64,000 nucleotides of DNA. Source: Tubiluchus corallicola (taxonomy: Eukaryota > Animalia > Priapulida). The position numbers and the translations under genes are program-made. Below the pieces are notes generated by a model. The model did no database searches. It was not told the origin of the DNA and saw only the letters and a program-made list of their open reading frames with translations. Shown in pieces: positions 13,342 through 26,065 of the stretch; the stretch's first letter is position 1; every line of letters begins with the position of its first letter. Location of the stretch: the NCBI GenBank assembly GCA_030141605.1, contig JAQGDQ010000001.1, forward strand, positions 2,728,001-2,792,000, written 5' to 3'.

Positions 13342-15042
13342 ACCACCTACCACCCACTCACCCACCACTCATAACACAAGCCAAACATTAATTGTATAAT
13401 ATTAATTTTGAAAGTTCCTATGAGTTTTGTTTATCCAGCAGTATATGGTTTAAGCCACGCCGCTTTATTTATGAAAGCCAAGCACGTATCTTTATTTGAG
13501 AAAAACCTTTATATTTGTGTAAGACTTAGACGCGTGCCACCTATTTATACTTGTTTGTTCAGTTGTTATAGGAGAATTTGTATGTTTCTATGTTTTCCTT
13601 CTAAACATACCTGTATTTTATTTCGCGACTTTAATTAAACGGTCACACTGTCAAATCAATCATGCGTACCTAGAGACAACCAGTTATTGAGATTGTAGAA
13701 CTGCAGATACCACCTAACAACGACTGACAACAGAAATTATCAAATTTTCCTAAACTTAGTGAACTATCAACAGATTAATTTTTTATCATCATTATGTATG
13801 TACTTGCGCAACCACACAAGTTGCAGCATCTATTTTAAAGTGAAACCAGTTAGAAAGTTTGCGAATGCTTCAATTTACAAACCCTATAATTGTGCGCAAC
13901 ATAGGATATGAACAGTTTACGCGACAACAAAAACAGAATGTGCTCCAGGACAGTTTAACGGACTTATCATATTTAATCAGAATTTAATAATACCAAACCT
14001 CAAATAAAAAATTTGAATAGTAGATATACGGATATTTTAGCATATTCAATTATAGATGTTGTCAGACAAAATTCGTTTCTGTTATATAATTTTGTTGTAC
14101 AAGTAGATAGTTGTCATGTGATTAAGGAAAAAGTGTCATCCGAAAGGTCATATTCAAAATACTAATAAATTTAATAGGGTACTTGATATGATCAACTCTA
14201 ACAACTTATTAAAACCCAAAAAATTTTATTATTGGGACCTGTTAGGAAACCATTGTTTTTTATTTTAGGCTACTGTTTGAATTTTAGGCGTACAAAATAG
14301 TACACATTTTGTATTTATATTACAATACTCAGATAGGTTCTGGTTTTTATGCAAGTGACGAATTGCCTTACGACACGCGTGCTATGCAATTCTACATAGT
14401 CGACATAAAATGACACAAAGTCGCAGAACAATGGCATCATAATGATTATATGATCTTTAGATAAAGTTGGGTGAGGTGGCGATCCACCCACTCCGCAGCT
14501 GCCGCTTGCAAATTATTAGCACCATCATAAACTGTAAAATCCACTTCAGGGTAATTAGCCCTGCTGTCAGGTGTCGAAATAACGGGACGTTGTGGGGACG
14601 CGTGCTGTCCGGATTTTAATCGGGAAAGTTTTGTTATTTGTGCTTCAGTAGGCTGTTCTCCGGAAATTGGAGGAGATACCACAAGTGATAGATGCCTGCT
14701 GTCGTGGTTGTGTATTAGCAAACAATTCCATAAATCCTAAATCTACGAAGATGTCATGCGGAGATGACATTGCTACTTTTACGTGTCAACTACTATGGAC
14801 CATCGCCTCCTCAAATTCCGGTATTGCAAACTTCACGTTATATCCACTTCCATATTTTCAAAATATATAATATCAGGTACTGTATTCTAATGCGTAAATT
14901 CGTAAATTATGTCCAGCATAGACATCTCCGCTATGTAATTCGGAGACATGACACATAATGACAAGCCTGACAAAAGCTTATTACAAAAGAGTTAATGAAA
15001 AAGTAAGCAAGTAATTAATTAAGAACATGTATAAGTAAGTGT

Positions 15043-15470
15043 GTGAGTGAGTGAGGGGGCGTGGATCCGTGTGTGATTGATTGAGTGAGTGAGTGAGTGA
15101 GTGAGTGAGTGAGTGAGTGAGTGAGTGAGTGAGTGAGTGAGTGAGAGAGAGAGTGAGACAGTGAATGAGTGAGTGGGTGGGTGGGTGAGTGAGTGAGTGA
15201 GTGAGTGAGTGAGGGAGGGAGTGAGTGAGTGAGTGAGTGAGTGAGTGAGTGAGTGAGTGAGTGAGTGAGTGAGTGAGTGAGTGAGTGAGTGAGTGAGTGA
15301 GTGAGTGAGTGAGTGAGTGAGTGAGTGAGTGAGTGAGTGAGTGAGTGAGTGAGTGAGTGAGTGAGAGAGTGAGTGAGTGAGTGAGTGAGTGAGTGAGTGA
15401 GTGAGAGAGTGAGTGAGTGAGTGAGTGAGTGAGTGAGTGAATGAGTGAGCGAGAGAGGGTGGGTGAGTGT
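15043..15470. repeat. (GAGT)n tetranucleotide microsatellite, ~400 bp
   Basis: Direct reading. Confidence 0.97.
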
Positions 15471-16739
15471 GATGAGTGAATTTGATTTTTTTAATTTAAT
15501 TTTTGTTTCACTCTCAAGGTATACAGTACAATATACACAGTCTTACACAAATCATGAAATACTATTTTCAAACATATAAATAAAATAAAATAATGGCCAC
15601 GTAGAAAAGATGAAAGAGTGAGCAAACAAGAAAGAAAGAAAAGAAGACAGACAGTTTGACAGAACAAATAGATAGATAGATGGAAGGATGGCAAGACAGA
15701 CAGATGGAAAGAAAGAAAAGGGAATGAAAACAAGAAAAAAGACAAAAAGAAAGAAAGGAAAAGGTTACAGTCACATCATTTTCCATCCAAAAACGGTAAC
15801 AGTAACTAAGCGTTTTCGTCAGCTTCATATATAACAGAAATTTACAAGAGTTATGTCACCTATTGTATTTTGCTGCTTCCCCTATGTAACTTATACGATT
15901 ACCTTGAACCTTACAACTTTCCTTTCAGGCACTGAGATATTCTTCCGGTTAAATAGGGAGGAGTAAATTCCGTTTTATTAGATTCTATTATTCATTTGGC
16001 CAGAAGTGCTACACCCATGTTCTTTTACAGTCTTTTATTCACTTGATGCCAATTAAAGCGCTTTGTGTAAGAGTGTAAAGAAATGAATGAACATTCTTTC
16101 TGGCCATTTTTTATATTGTAGTACATAATAAGCCTATGCAAAAGAATACGCGAACATGAAAGACTCACCTGTGTCGTGCACAGGAGCTTTATAATTATAA
16201 GTTAAGTATGAAAATCAAAATAATGAACTATCACTATCACTGTGGACTTTTTCAGAAGTCACATAAGACACATAAGTAACATGATTGATTAAAGTTTATT
16301 GCAAAGAGCGTCAATAAAAAATAAATATATAAGTAAGGAAAAACAAGTAATTATATAACTAAATAAATAAGCATAAGACACTTGGACTAATTATCATAGC
16401 ACACGCGTCACACAGTACAATTCAAATGAAATTTAATTTGAAAAATACGTTGACTCTGGTGACAAATACGTTGACAAATTTTGATCCAAAAACTGTCGAA
16501 TGAGAAGAAGGGTTTTACTATTTAAATAGTAAATGAAAGGCTAATAAGTTTTGTTACTTTTTCTGCATTTCGTGTCAAAAGTGGAGCCTGAGCCAAAACT
16601 TTTACAATCTACACGAACGCTAAGTAATACATAACATTTGCTATTGCTTGTGCTATTCAGCGATGACATAACTGTAATGATTTCAGATTTCTGACTAAAG
16701 CGCTACAGTTATTATCAATTTGACGTAATTAGCATAGAG

Positions 16740-16945
16740 GCGCTGGGGACGCCACGCGCAAATTCCCACACATGCATGCACACCTAATACAGGTGTGGCA
16801 CCCCTCATCTGTATATGATTTACTAAACTGATCGCAGCATTATTGTAATTATGACCCGGAACGCCACACAAGCCGTTTCTCGTGTAAATAATTCCTGAAT
16901 TTACAGTGATTGTTTCAAATAACAGTGATATGTTTGCAGCTGAAA
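16740..16945. promoter_or_regulatory. Candidate Notch/proneural enhancer
   Basis: GCCACGCG at 16751-16758, Su(H)-type TTCCCACA at 16763-16770, CAGGTG at 16790-16795, CATCTG at 16806-16811 and CAGCTG at ~16937. Confidence 0.4.
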
Positions 16946-19679
16946 CATTATGATTGAATTCATACATCTCTTTTTCGTAAAACTTTTTGGGCCTTAGACA
17001 TTAGACAATTTCCTTTTTGTCACGTGGTGAATTCCTTCTTCACTAGATGATTCATCTAGTTGTGCTTTTTTTTCTTTGTGATTAAATAGTTTGCATAATT
17101 ATAAACAAGCAGATGTTAATAACAATTTCTGTTAGTTGTTTATGCAATTTTGAAATATGAGTTGTGCACCCCTGTAAATAAGCTGATGGTATAAAGATAA
17201 AAATACTTTATATAATGTGCTATTTTCATAAGTCATAGGGTAATACTGGAAATGATATGATGCACATTATACAACACCACGTTTTAAAATCATTCAACAT
17301 CAACAATCAAATGAAACATCGAACAAACATTAATAAGATGTATAATAACTCCAGCACATACAAATGCAAAATAAATTGCAAAACGAGATAATTGGATGTA
17401 TATTTTACGCGATTACATTTACATCAATTGTATTTCCCCAGTGACAGTCATCCTTACTTTATTTTTTAAATATTAAAAATTTATAAATTAAAATTCCTTT
17501 ATTTCCGTTTTCGACATATCAGATAGTAGTTACGATCATACAATTAATGCAGTAGAACTATTATCAACTGTTCTTCCCAGAGGTATTAAACAGTATTAAT
17601 TGCGTTTGCATTACGCATGCGATAACCAAATTAGCGTTTACTAATAGCCTTTCTATGTGTGTTTGGTTGTTTGTTTGATTTGTATCTCGCCTTAATGTTT
17701 TTATGTTAGCAACGATGATGCATGAACACAGCTTGAAATTAATCACTACGCTTGTATAATTATTGTATCAGACAAACGTTGCAGGAGTATTTGCTGATTA
17801 TGATTTCAATAGCTGTCATCCAGGCATAGCAGCGACCGTTACCATATTGTGTTATTGCTATTATTGTCAGTGATGCGTTCAAACGAAGATGAGGATGCGC
17901 ATCCAAACCACGCCCACCGCGCGTGCAGCATGCAGCCTTGCTCTCTCCCTCAGACAGCTGCAGTGCTTAAACCTGACGAATCGATGCACAACTTTAACTT
18001 TTACTTAATGAATATGAATAACATTCTACAAAATAGAATTGCTGTCTGCAAAAAAATCTTAGAAAATGTGAAAAGAACTATAAACAATTTCGACTCTGGA
18101 GAATGCTATTACATATATGCTCACAAATGTTTATCTTGCGTAATTGACTTGTTATTCGGAAATTTCAAACTTAAAATGAACTTTAAACAAATTTCGCGGG
18201 TACAGCATAAAAATCTGAAATTTTAAATACAGTAAAACACTCAAGCTCGGGAAAATTCCTTACTGCTGTCATAGTATAACAACAAAACTGCATTTAAAGA
18301 CAGGCGGCATTAGTCACCTGTAACGTTACTATGAGCTGGAGTGCTAAAGACGTATTTGAACTACATCTTACGTCTAGAGTATAGCGCAAATACCTGTATG
18401 GTATGTACCGATGTAAATTCAAAAACTGGACAATGTGGACATACTAAATAAGTTCAAATACTTTTATGACCAGGTAGGCGAGACATTCTTAATTTGTTTA
18501 TAATATCACCAATAATATAGAATCTGGGGCAACAATATGCTAAAGAAAAATCTGCATTGCTTCCAATTTTCAAAATTACCTCAAAATTTCAAATAAAAAA
18601 TTTGGATGATTTAGTTTCAAACTGTCAAATGCAAAAGATAGCTGCCAGTGATTATTTCTCTTTTAAGTACTTTCTTCTTTTTTTCCACGCGAAGATATAA
18701 AGCAGCGCTGTAGGTATTGAAATGTCATTATTTTCGTTTTCTTTATAAAATCATAATTTATAATAGCTGACGCGCTACCAACTCTGGTCACTAGATTTAC
18801 TGTGCTGAATGAATGTACAACACGTTGCGCATTCTTATAACATTTAGCAATCTCCTGGCTCTAACATATCTTGCTACCGATGTTCTGAATTTGTTTCGTT
18901 CTTATAAACGAAAATTATCGTTTTATTATAACAACCTTAGATCAGAACAATAAATTAGTCAAAAATTTAACACATAATAATAACAAGCACATATTCTGTA
19001 TTAACAGAGCGTAGGCCTGAAAAGCGACATGTGGACGTTACTCGCATTTCACCCGCAGGCTGACATCATGAGGCAAGCGCAACGCCCTGCAATTAAAACG
19101 ATATTACAATAGGATTGATGCTGAGAATAAAGATACGGGACTTATAACATCCCTTTGTTACATACATGCATGATAAATCTGTGAAGCATGAAGCGAGAAA
19201 AAATATTGTAGAGTAGCTCTGAAATGCACTTACATCAGTTTGTTTAAAAAAAATTGAAAGAAAACACATTAGCAACCACAATAAGAATTAGCAAAGTTCC
19301 CTGTAAGTTGCACAATCTATCATTTTTCTCTTGTTTTTCTTTTTCGTTGATTTGTGTTATAATGAAAGCAAAATTACAGAGCTTTCAAATTTTACTGAAA
19401 TTAGTCTAAATGCAACCAAAAGAAAAAAGTTATGAAGTGGTCATTAGCTAGTCAGCTAGTTTATGATAGAACTAAATAGTCGCAGTAAACTAGAAACTAA
19501 GAAACCTATTAGAAATCGCCTGGAAATTGTTTATTAATAGACTCCTAATAACAAAACTAACTTGCCCTATTTATGCCTTTATCAGTTTACTCTAAACATT
19601 GAGCAGTTAGCTGATCAACATAGGAAAGTCAATAATCAATCTCTACACATTTAATTCTTTACTTATCATCATCTGTCTT

Positions 19680-20014
19680 TGATCACGTGACTTTATGTGG
19701 CACGCGACCCGTTCATATCTCATTCACCTGTTACACCTGCTAGTGTATCTCATCTTGACATGCATTATGCCGCGTCGGGGCCACTAGGCGTTACTAAGGC
19801 GGATCATTGGGGCTGCTAGTACTGGATAATCGATACGGATTCACCTGTGGCAGATGGCGCTGTAATAGATAACGGGAAAGCATTGTTAAATGACAGCCAA
19901 CCAACGGTCTAGGATTTAGCAGACGACTGTGTGACACGCGTATAAAATTCTATGATCGTCAATCTGGAGGACAGATTTCTGCACGGTGTGCTCAAATCAA
20001 AATCAAATCTCACC
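19680..20014 (+). promoter_or_regulatory. Proximal promoter and short 5'UTR of the Gfi/senseless gene
   Basis: TATAAAA at 19941-19947, about 70 bp before the ATG. Also CACGTG (~19684), GGCACGCGAC (19699-19708), CACCTG three times (~19725, ~19734, ~19842), CAGATG (19851-19856) and three AAATC cores at 19994-20009. Kozak-like caccATG. Confidence 0.6.
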
Positions 20015-20126
20015 ATGCCGAGATCGTTTCTGGTAAAAAGTAAAAAGGCTAGTACTCATCACGAGTTTGCAGATAGTGGAAGCGCTTTTACTGTGGTGAC
20101 ACCCAAACACATGGGACTTAGAGAAG
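20015..20126 (+). CDS. Gfi1: Gfi1/senseless-family zinc-finger repressor, coding exon 1 (SNAG domain)
   Basis: Translates to MPRSFLVKSKK..., the Gfi1 SNAG signature, and ends at a gaag|gtgagt phase-1 donor. Confidence 0.93.
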
Positions 20127-21191
20127 GTGAGTTGACAGTTTAACTATTTATCCAAAAATCTGATGAGACGATGACAAACAAATAACTAGAAAGTAAACAA
20201 CTATCAGTTTTTAAAAAAATATCGAAAAGAGAAACGTTCATAATCATACTGCGGCAAAATATAACAATCCTCAATTGCAAACTATCTGAAGAATGGAAAC
20301 TGCTCCAAAAATTTATCGCCGTGTTTATTAATGAATTTTGCTCTAAAAGTGCTGGGACTCATGCTTTAGAAACGTTAAAATGTATACATAATAATGGCTT
20401 AATTTAACAGACAACTGAGATAGGCATATCAACAGAATAGTAATTTCTCTTAAGTTTTGCTGGACCCGATTTTGTGCTTTTATTTTTTTAATTGAACGTT
20501 ATGATTAAAATTATCTGTTTAAAAACAATTTTTAAAAATGATCAGAAATTTCTTTGCTTTGTTTTAAATATAATACTTCTGCAAATAGACTACGAGACGG
20601 GCCTTAAATTTGTTGCCTTCTGTTCTTTGCGCGAATTTCCCTATTGATTTCTTAGTAATTTTAAACGTAAACAACTTTGAGGAGTTAGGCTATTGTGACC
20701 ATCCGTCGCAGCACGCCCCCGGCATGCTTTCCTTTTTTCCTTTCCTTTTTTACGCTCCACTTGCGAGCTGAGCTGTTGCGCCTCCAATCCGTTAGAGAGA
20801 TAAGTATCCCAATGTAAACGATAGGTACAATAGGAACACGTTTTAAAGGGCAGGTGTACAATGAATTGATGGTAACGGTGGAAACGCGCAAACATGTAAA
20901 AATAATTGTTTATGCATTTAAATCATGTCCCGCCAGCACGCAGGTAATGTTGCATTAACGAAATTCGGTTTTGCAGATTTTGCACAATTTATGCACATAG
21001 AACGGGTTTTGAAAACGGTGCGCAGACTGAGATTATATTTCCAAATACCTGAAATATCAATCTGCGTTTGCTCGTCGTTATTCACAACCTTTCAAATAAT
21101 TATTCCGGAAAAATTGTGACTATCATTTCGTTTATAATAACGCTTTTTGCTGCCGAATTTATTTTTATTATATAGACAAGATTCATGCCAA

Positions 21192-21276
21192 ATATTATGC
21201 GCCAGTAAATTTTATTTGTTTGTTTGTTTTTTATATTATGCGCCAGTAAATTTTATTTGTTTGTTTGTTTGTTTTT
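21192..21276. repeat. 41-bp tandem duplication in intron 1
   Basis: atattatgcgccagtaaattttatttgtttgtttgttttt occurs at 21192 and 21233. Confidence 0.9.
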
Positions 21277-21610
21277 TAATTTTATTTAGTTAGTTTATTA
21301 AATTTAAACAAAAAATCTTACGTGCTGTGACCTGTTACGACTCTGTACTTTTTCTCTGTGCCTTTTCTCTATAAAACTACGACCATCCTTATTCGCCAGA
21401 ACGCTGATTTATTTTAACGTTTAACACTTAAATCAAAACAATATTTGATGGTAATTTTAAAATATTCAGCGTAATGTGGTTTTATTGGTGTTATTTTTAC
21501 GATTGTGCACTCTTTTCTCTTTGTGTTTGAGCAAACACTATTTAGGTCTGCAAGAACTATATTTACATTTTTACAGGAACAACGCAGATCTAAATTTAGA
21601 TTTTTTGCAG

Positions 21611-21835
21611 GAACATCAGGGATGCCTCTGTCATCCTCTTGTCCACCCCATTCTCCATACGGGGCAGCTACATTCCCCTCTCCACACGCAATGCTTGATC
21701 CCACACTGTCTGGTAAGTTCTACGCAGAAGAAGTAAAATCTACTGCATTGCCCACACCTATCTTTCCTTGGATAGCAGACCATGGACTCTACCACCAAGC
21801 TTATGCTTCTCTGTCGTCACTGCCCCCATCAAGCA
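21611..21835 (+). CDS. Gfi1: Gfi1/senseless-family gene, coding exon 2 (Pro/Ser-rich linker)
   Basis: Acceptor ttttttgcag|g is in phase 1 and the open frame reads GTSGMPLSS...LPPSS. Donor gca|gtaagt is phase 1; an alternative in-frame donor follows 21712. Confidence 0.75.
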
Positions 21836-23387
21836 GTAAGTATCATCACGTATATTTCGTTACTTACATTTTATTGACATTTTATATCTATTTCAGACGC
21901 CTTGTCAACATAATCACACAACCTAACCTAAACACTAAACACACAATTTTATATTCTAGGTTCTTATTTAACAAAAGCGGCAAGAATTTTTTATATACTA
22001 AATTTATTTTTTTTTGTTGCTATATTAAACAAAAACCGGTCGATCCTGTCTTCACATTTTGCTTTGCCGATTAATTTAAGTTTGCAGTTTTTATGTGAAA
22101 TTGTTGTTTTACTTTTCATTAAAAATGTATAAAATTTATAATTATAGTCTATTGATAAAATAATCGTAAACAAAATTTGATATAGGCGTCGTTGCATGAG
22201 AATAAGTAACTGCAATATGTAGTAATCAGATTAAACATATAGGTCTTAAATTCGACATCTACTTTTTACGAATTACACATATTTTAATACTAATTTTGCT
22301 AGATTATAGACAAAAATTAAAGATGATGAGTGATGTTAAATGTATACAACTTTCTGCAGACTTTCTTACATCAGCTTATTGCTTGAAATGCTTTTGATGC
22401 AACCAATGGTTTATGGGCATTTTGCTAAATTCAACATTCTGTAGCGCGAAGCCGCTAAATACAACAGCTTGTCTGAACTGTTACCATGATAATTCAGCGT
22501 AATTATGATATTTAGAGATTGATTTAAGTTCTCAAGGGATGTATGCTGCTTGTGCTGACTCAGCTCATGTCATGCCCGCATCCTATATACTCGGCGGACA
22601 TTAATTAGTTCCAAGCAAATCTGGGCTCACTAGCATCTCGCAACAGATTGTAATTAAATACTCGACTTTTGTTTGAATAGCTGCATCTGCCACTCGATAT
22701 GATGGTATAAGCGACAAGTTAGATAAATTAATTGTACTTTTGTATTGTTTATATATGAAAAAGGCAGCCCTTTTTCTTTCGTTATTTTTCAGTATATTTT
22801 CACTCAGACTCATTATAAAACAGCAATATTTCTTGTAGCATTCAACGTACCGTTAACAGTTTTTTTATTATTACTGAATACTAAATACTGCTTAGTGGAC
22901 TTTTTAATGATTCTTTTTTATTGATCTTTCACAGAGATGAAGGTAATGTTTTGCATGAGTTAAATCATTATCTATGTTTAGGCATTGGTCAATTGTTTCA
23001 TTTTAGTATTGTTTTGTTCACGATGGAAAGGGTTAAAGGCAGAACAAAATCTAGACGCGCACGAATTTCAGGCTTTTTAATTCATTTACTATAATGACAA
23101 ATTTCGGCGTAATGAGCCTCTTGGGGAGCGCTTACCTCCAGAATGCCTCCTACGGTAAAAAGCAACCTTCTCAAATTAAACTTTAAGGAAAATGATTTAT
23201 AACAAGAAGACTTTTATAATGGGTCTGAGCACGAAATTTCTAAATTTGGTCTTCTTTCTTCAAGGTAGTGCATAGACACTGGGCACACTGGGCCTTAATA
23301 AACTCACCAGTCTGAAGATGAAGTCAGGATAAACCTGGCCAATGAAGTGTGTTAGATAAGAAGATTTAAGCGGTATAATGATGGACA

Positions 23388-24484
23388 CACGTAGGTTTTG
23401 TTTGCCAACAATTCAGCTGCATAAATAGCAACCTGCTTTCAGTGATAAAGATCATTAGCCATCATTAACGAAACTTATGGAGTTAGCGTCCCATTTAAGC
23501 ACGGCTTAATAATTACTAAGCGTATTGTAAAATGAAGCTCCATTCCGTGGCATGTCATAATCTCCATTATGGCACAGCTTGTGTACTTTGTCACGTTTGC
23601 CCCTTTGAGACGACTAATAGTCGTATTAGAATATTGTGCAAGAAAGTCAACCAGTCGAGTGGAAGTACACAATTTCAGCTTTAAGAGGCGGCAACCAGTT
23701 ACAGACGCATTGTCACAAGAGCAAGCAGCTGGTGATAATAGAAGAACTGATAACCAATCTGTTTTCTTATCCTCAAGAGACTAAGTTAGTGGAATTAACA
23801 ATGGATGCGCATGACAAAATTAATATCGAAAGTTCCTTTAAATCTACCTACAAATTACTATGTCGTTGCTAAAGATTTCAGCTAGGTTATCAAGAAATTA
23901 ATCAGTGGCCTATGTGAGTGTAGATGACCCGCATAATACTAATGTCAAATATTGATATGAATGAAAAATAGAAGCGCGGTTACAATTTGTTTCAGTGTTT
24001 AGAAGAAGATACCATTCATTATAGGAGAAACAATCTATTTTATTGAATGTACCAAAAAATAAATGCTAGTGATATAGTTGTCGGCGCAGCACCTTAAAAA
24101 AATGAAATCAAGTTTGTCTGATTTTGCTATATGTACAATTGTACACATGACTGATTTATAGTAGGTTAAGAACAATCTCCAAAAATTTTGGTAATTAAAA
24201 TTCCGCAAACCTTGTAACGCTACTTAGCTAGAGCCTGAAACACAGTACGGAAAGGTTCCTCTATACTAATAATCTAAATACTTTTATCTCATTGTTTTGT
24301 GTATCGGAGTATTTTTGAAACTCGACGGACTTCCTGCGAAGTTAAATACATTAAAAAGCACAAAATATAGACCCACGTAGTACGTTTTGTTTGACAATTC
24401 AGCTGCTTCAATAGCAACCTACTTGTGATAATGATCATTAGCTATCACTAACGAAACTTACGGCGTTTAGTATCCCGTTTAAGC
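23388..24484. repeat. Two diverged ~112-bp direct copies (23388-23500 and 24374-24484) in intron 2
   Basis: Shared sequence cacgtag..gttttgtttg..acaattcagctgc..aatagcaacct..gatcattagc.atca.taacgaaactta..tttaagc. Confidence 0.85.
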
Positions 24485-24545
24485 CCATTTTCTAGCCCAT
24501 CAACAATCAAACAATCCCTCAATATATATATATATATATATATAT

Positions 24546-24576
<31 letters not shown>

Positions 24577-25489
24577 TACATACTTATACAAGTAAAACTA
24601 AGACTAATAAGCAACTGAGACATCAATAATTCACGTGATTTCCACGGCAATATGCGATTGCTGCCTCCACGCTATGCAACGTAATCACAGATTGCAGTTG
24701 GCTCTATAGTAATTATGAAACCCGCGACGATATTCTTTGTAGGTTGTCACCAGAACAAGTTGCATTTGTTATGAGGTATCACCCGGGTGAATAATTTGTC
24801 ACTGTCAGTGACATGGCAATGTCGAGAGAGTCATCATCAGTTTGACAGAATTATTCATCATTATAATGAAGTCATCGAAATTACAGAGAATGATTCTGTT
24901 TTATGACGATTTTGCCACACGTGTTACCTTGAATGCATAATCATAGGGTACGAATCAAAGTCAAACACGAATTCGTTATCATGTAACAATGCAATATTTG
25001 TTGTGTTACATATGTTATTCAGCTTTATGCTAAAAATACTGCTAAAAATACTGCTAAATTAAGATTAAGATTTAACGGCGGCAGGTATTTTTGTGCCACA
25101 TACCACAGCTTGATCCCAGCGTTTTTGCACTATTCGCTATTCGCTTTTCGCTATTTTCACTTTTAGTTAGGTTCAACCAATTTAATTTTACTTTGCTTCG
25201 TTAAGTTTCATTTATTTTTTCCATTTTATTTTGTTTTATTTTCATTCACTTCACTTCGGGTTACTATCTAAAATTCATTTTTATTTTGTTTTACTTTGTT
25301 TTAATTAAAATAAGTAAAATGATAAATAAATAAGCAGCAGGTAAATAAAAATGAAACAAACAAAAATGTGGGTAAAAATAGCTATTTTGACAATAAATTT
25401 TCACTAGTACGTTATGTGCAATATCTTGTACAATTATTATGCAATCATAGCATCTTTTAAAGTTTTCTCTTATGACTATTTTTTTGCAG

Positions 25490-26065
25490 TGGATTACATG
25501 AAAGACCTTTTGAAACAGACTCAAGGGAGACGCAACAACTTTAACTACAGCGACATCTATCGAAGTTGTTACGCAAATGATTTCAAACATCTCCTGAAAA
25601 CGCTGAGCATTGAACAACCTTATCCGGGTTTCCCGCCCGCCTTTCCCGGAAATCTCAGTGGCTACCGGAAGTCGGCACATGAAAACTGCAAGGAAAATGA
25701 CAATGGCAAGGAGTTGGTTTCACCAGGCAGCGATGCGTACAGCTGTGTGAAATGCAAAAAGATGTTCAGCACACCTCATGGACTAGAAGTACATGTAAGG
25801 CGCTCTCACAGCGGTAAACGCCCATTCGCTTGTGAGGTGTGCAATAAGACATTTGGACATGCTGTATCCCTCAGTCAACACCGGGCAGTCCATTCTCAGG
25901 AGAAGACCTTCTCCTGCAAGCAGTGCGGCAAGACGTTCAAGAGGAGTTCAACCCTGTCCACACACCTGTTGATTCACTCAGATACAAGACCGTATCCGTG
26001 TGAGTACTGCGGAAAGCGGTTCCATCAGAAGTCTGACATGAAAAAGCACACGTATATTCACACTG
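25490..26065 (+). CDS. Gfi1: Gfi1/senseless-family gene, coding exon 3 (zinc fingers 1-4)
   Basis: Acceptor tttttgcag|t. Encodes [65 protein letters not shown] and [19 protein letters not shown], all Gfi1-diagnostic. Donor actg|gtaagt. Confidence 0.96.

Noticed and set aside
19952-20014. N-terminal extension of Gfi from the ATG at 19952
   Set aside because: SNAG must be at the extreme N-terminus, and this ATG lies only a few bases after the TATA box, probably upstream of the transcription start.
21571-21588. Alternative acceptors (ttacag, acgcag) for exon 2
   Set aside because: They are phase 0 and phase 2, incompatible with the phase-1 exon 1 donor.
21505-22074. Independent 189-aa gene
   Set aside because: Only 21611-21835 is bounded by in-phase splice sites; the flanks read like intron sequence.
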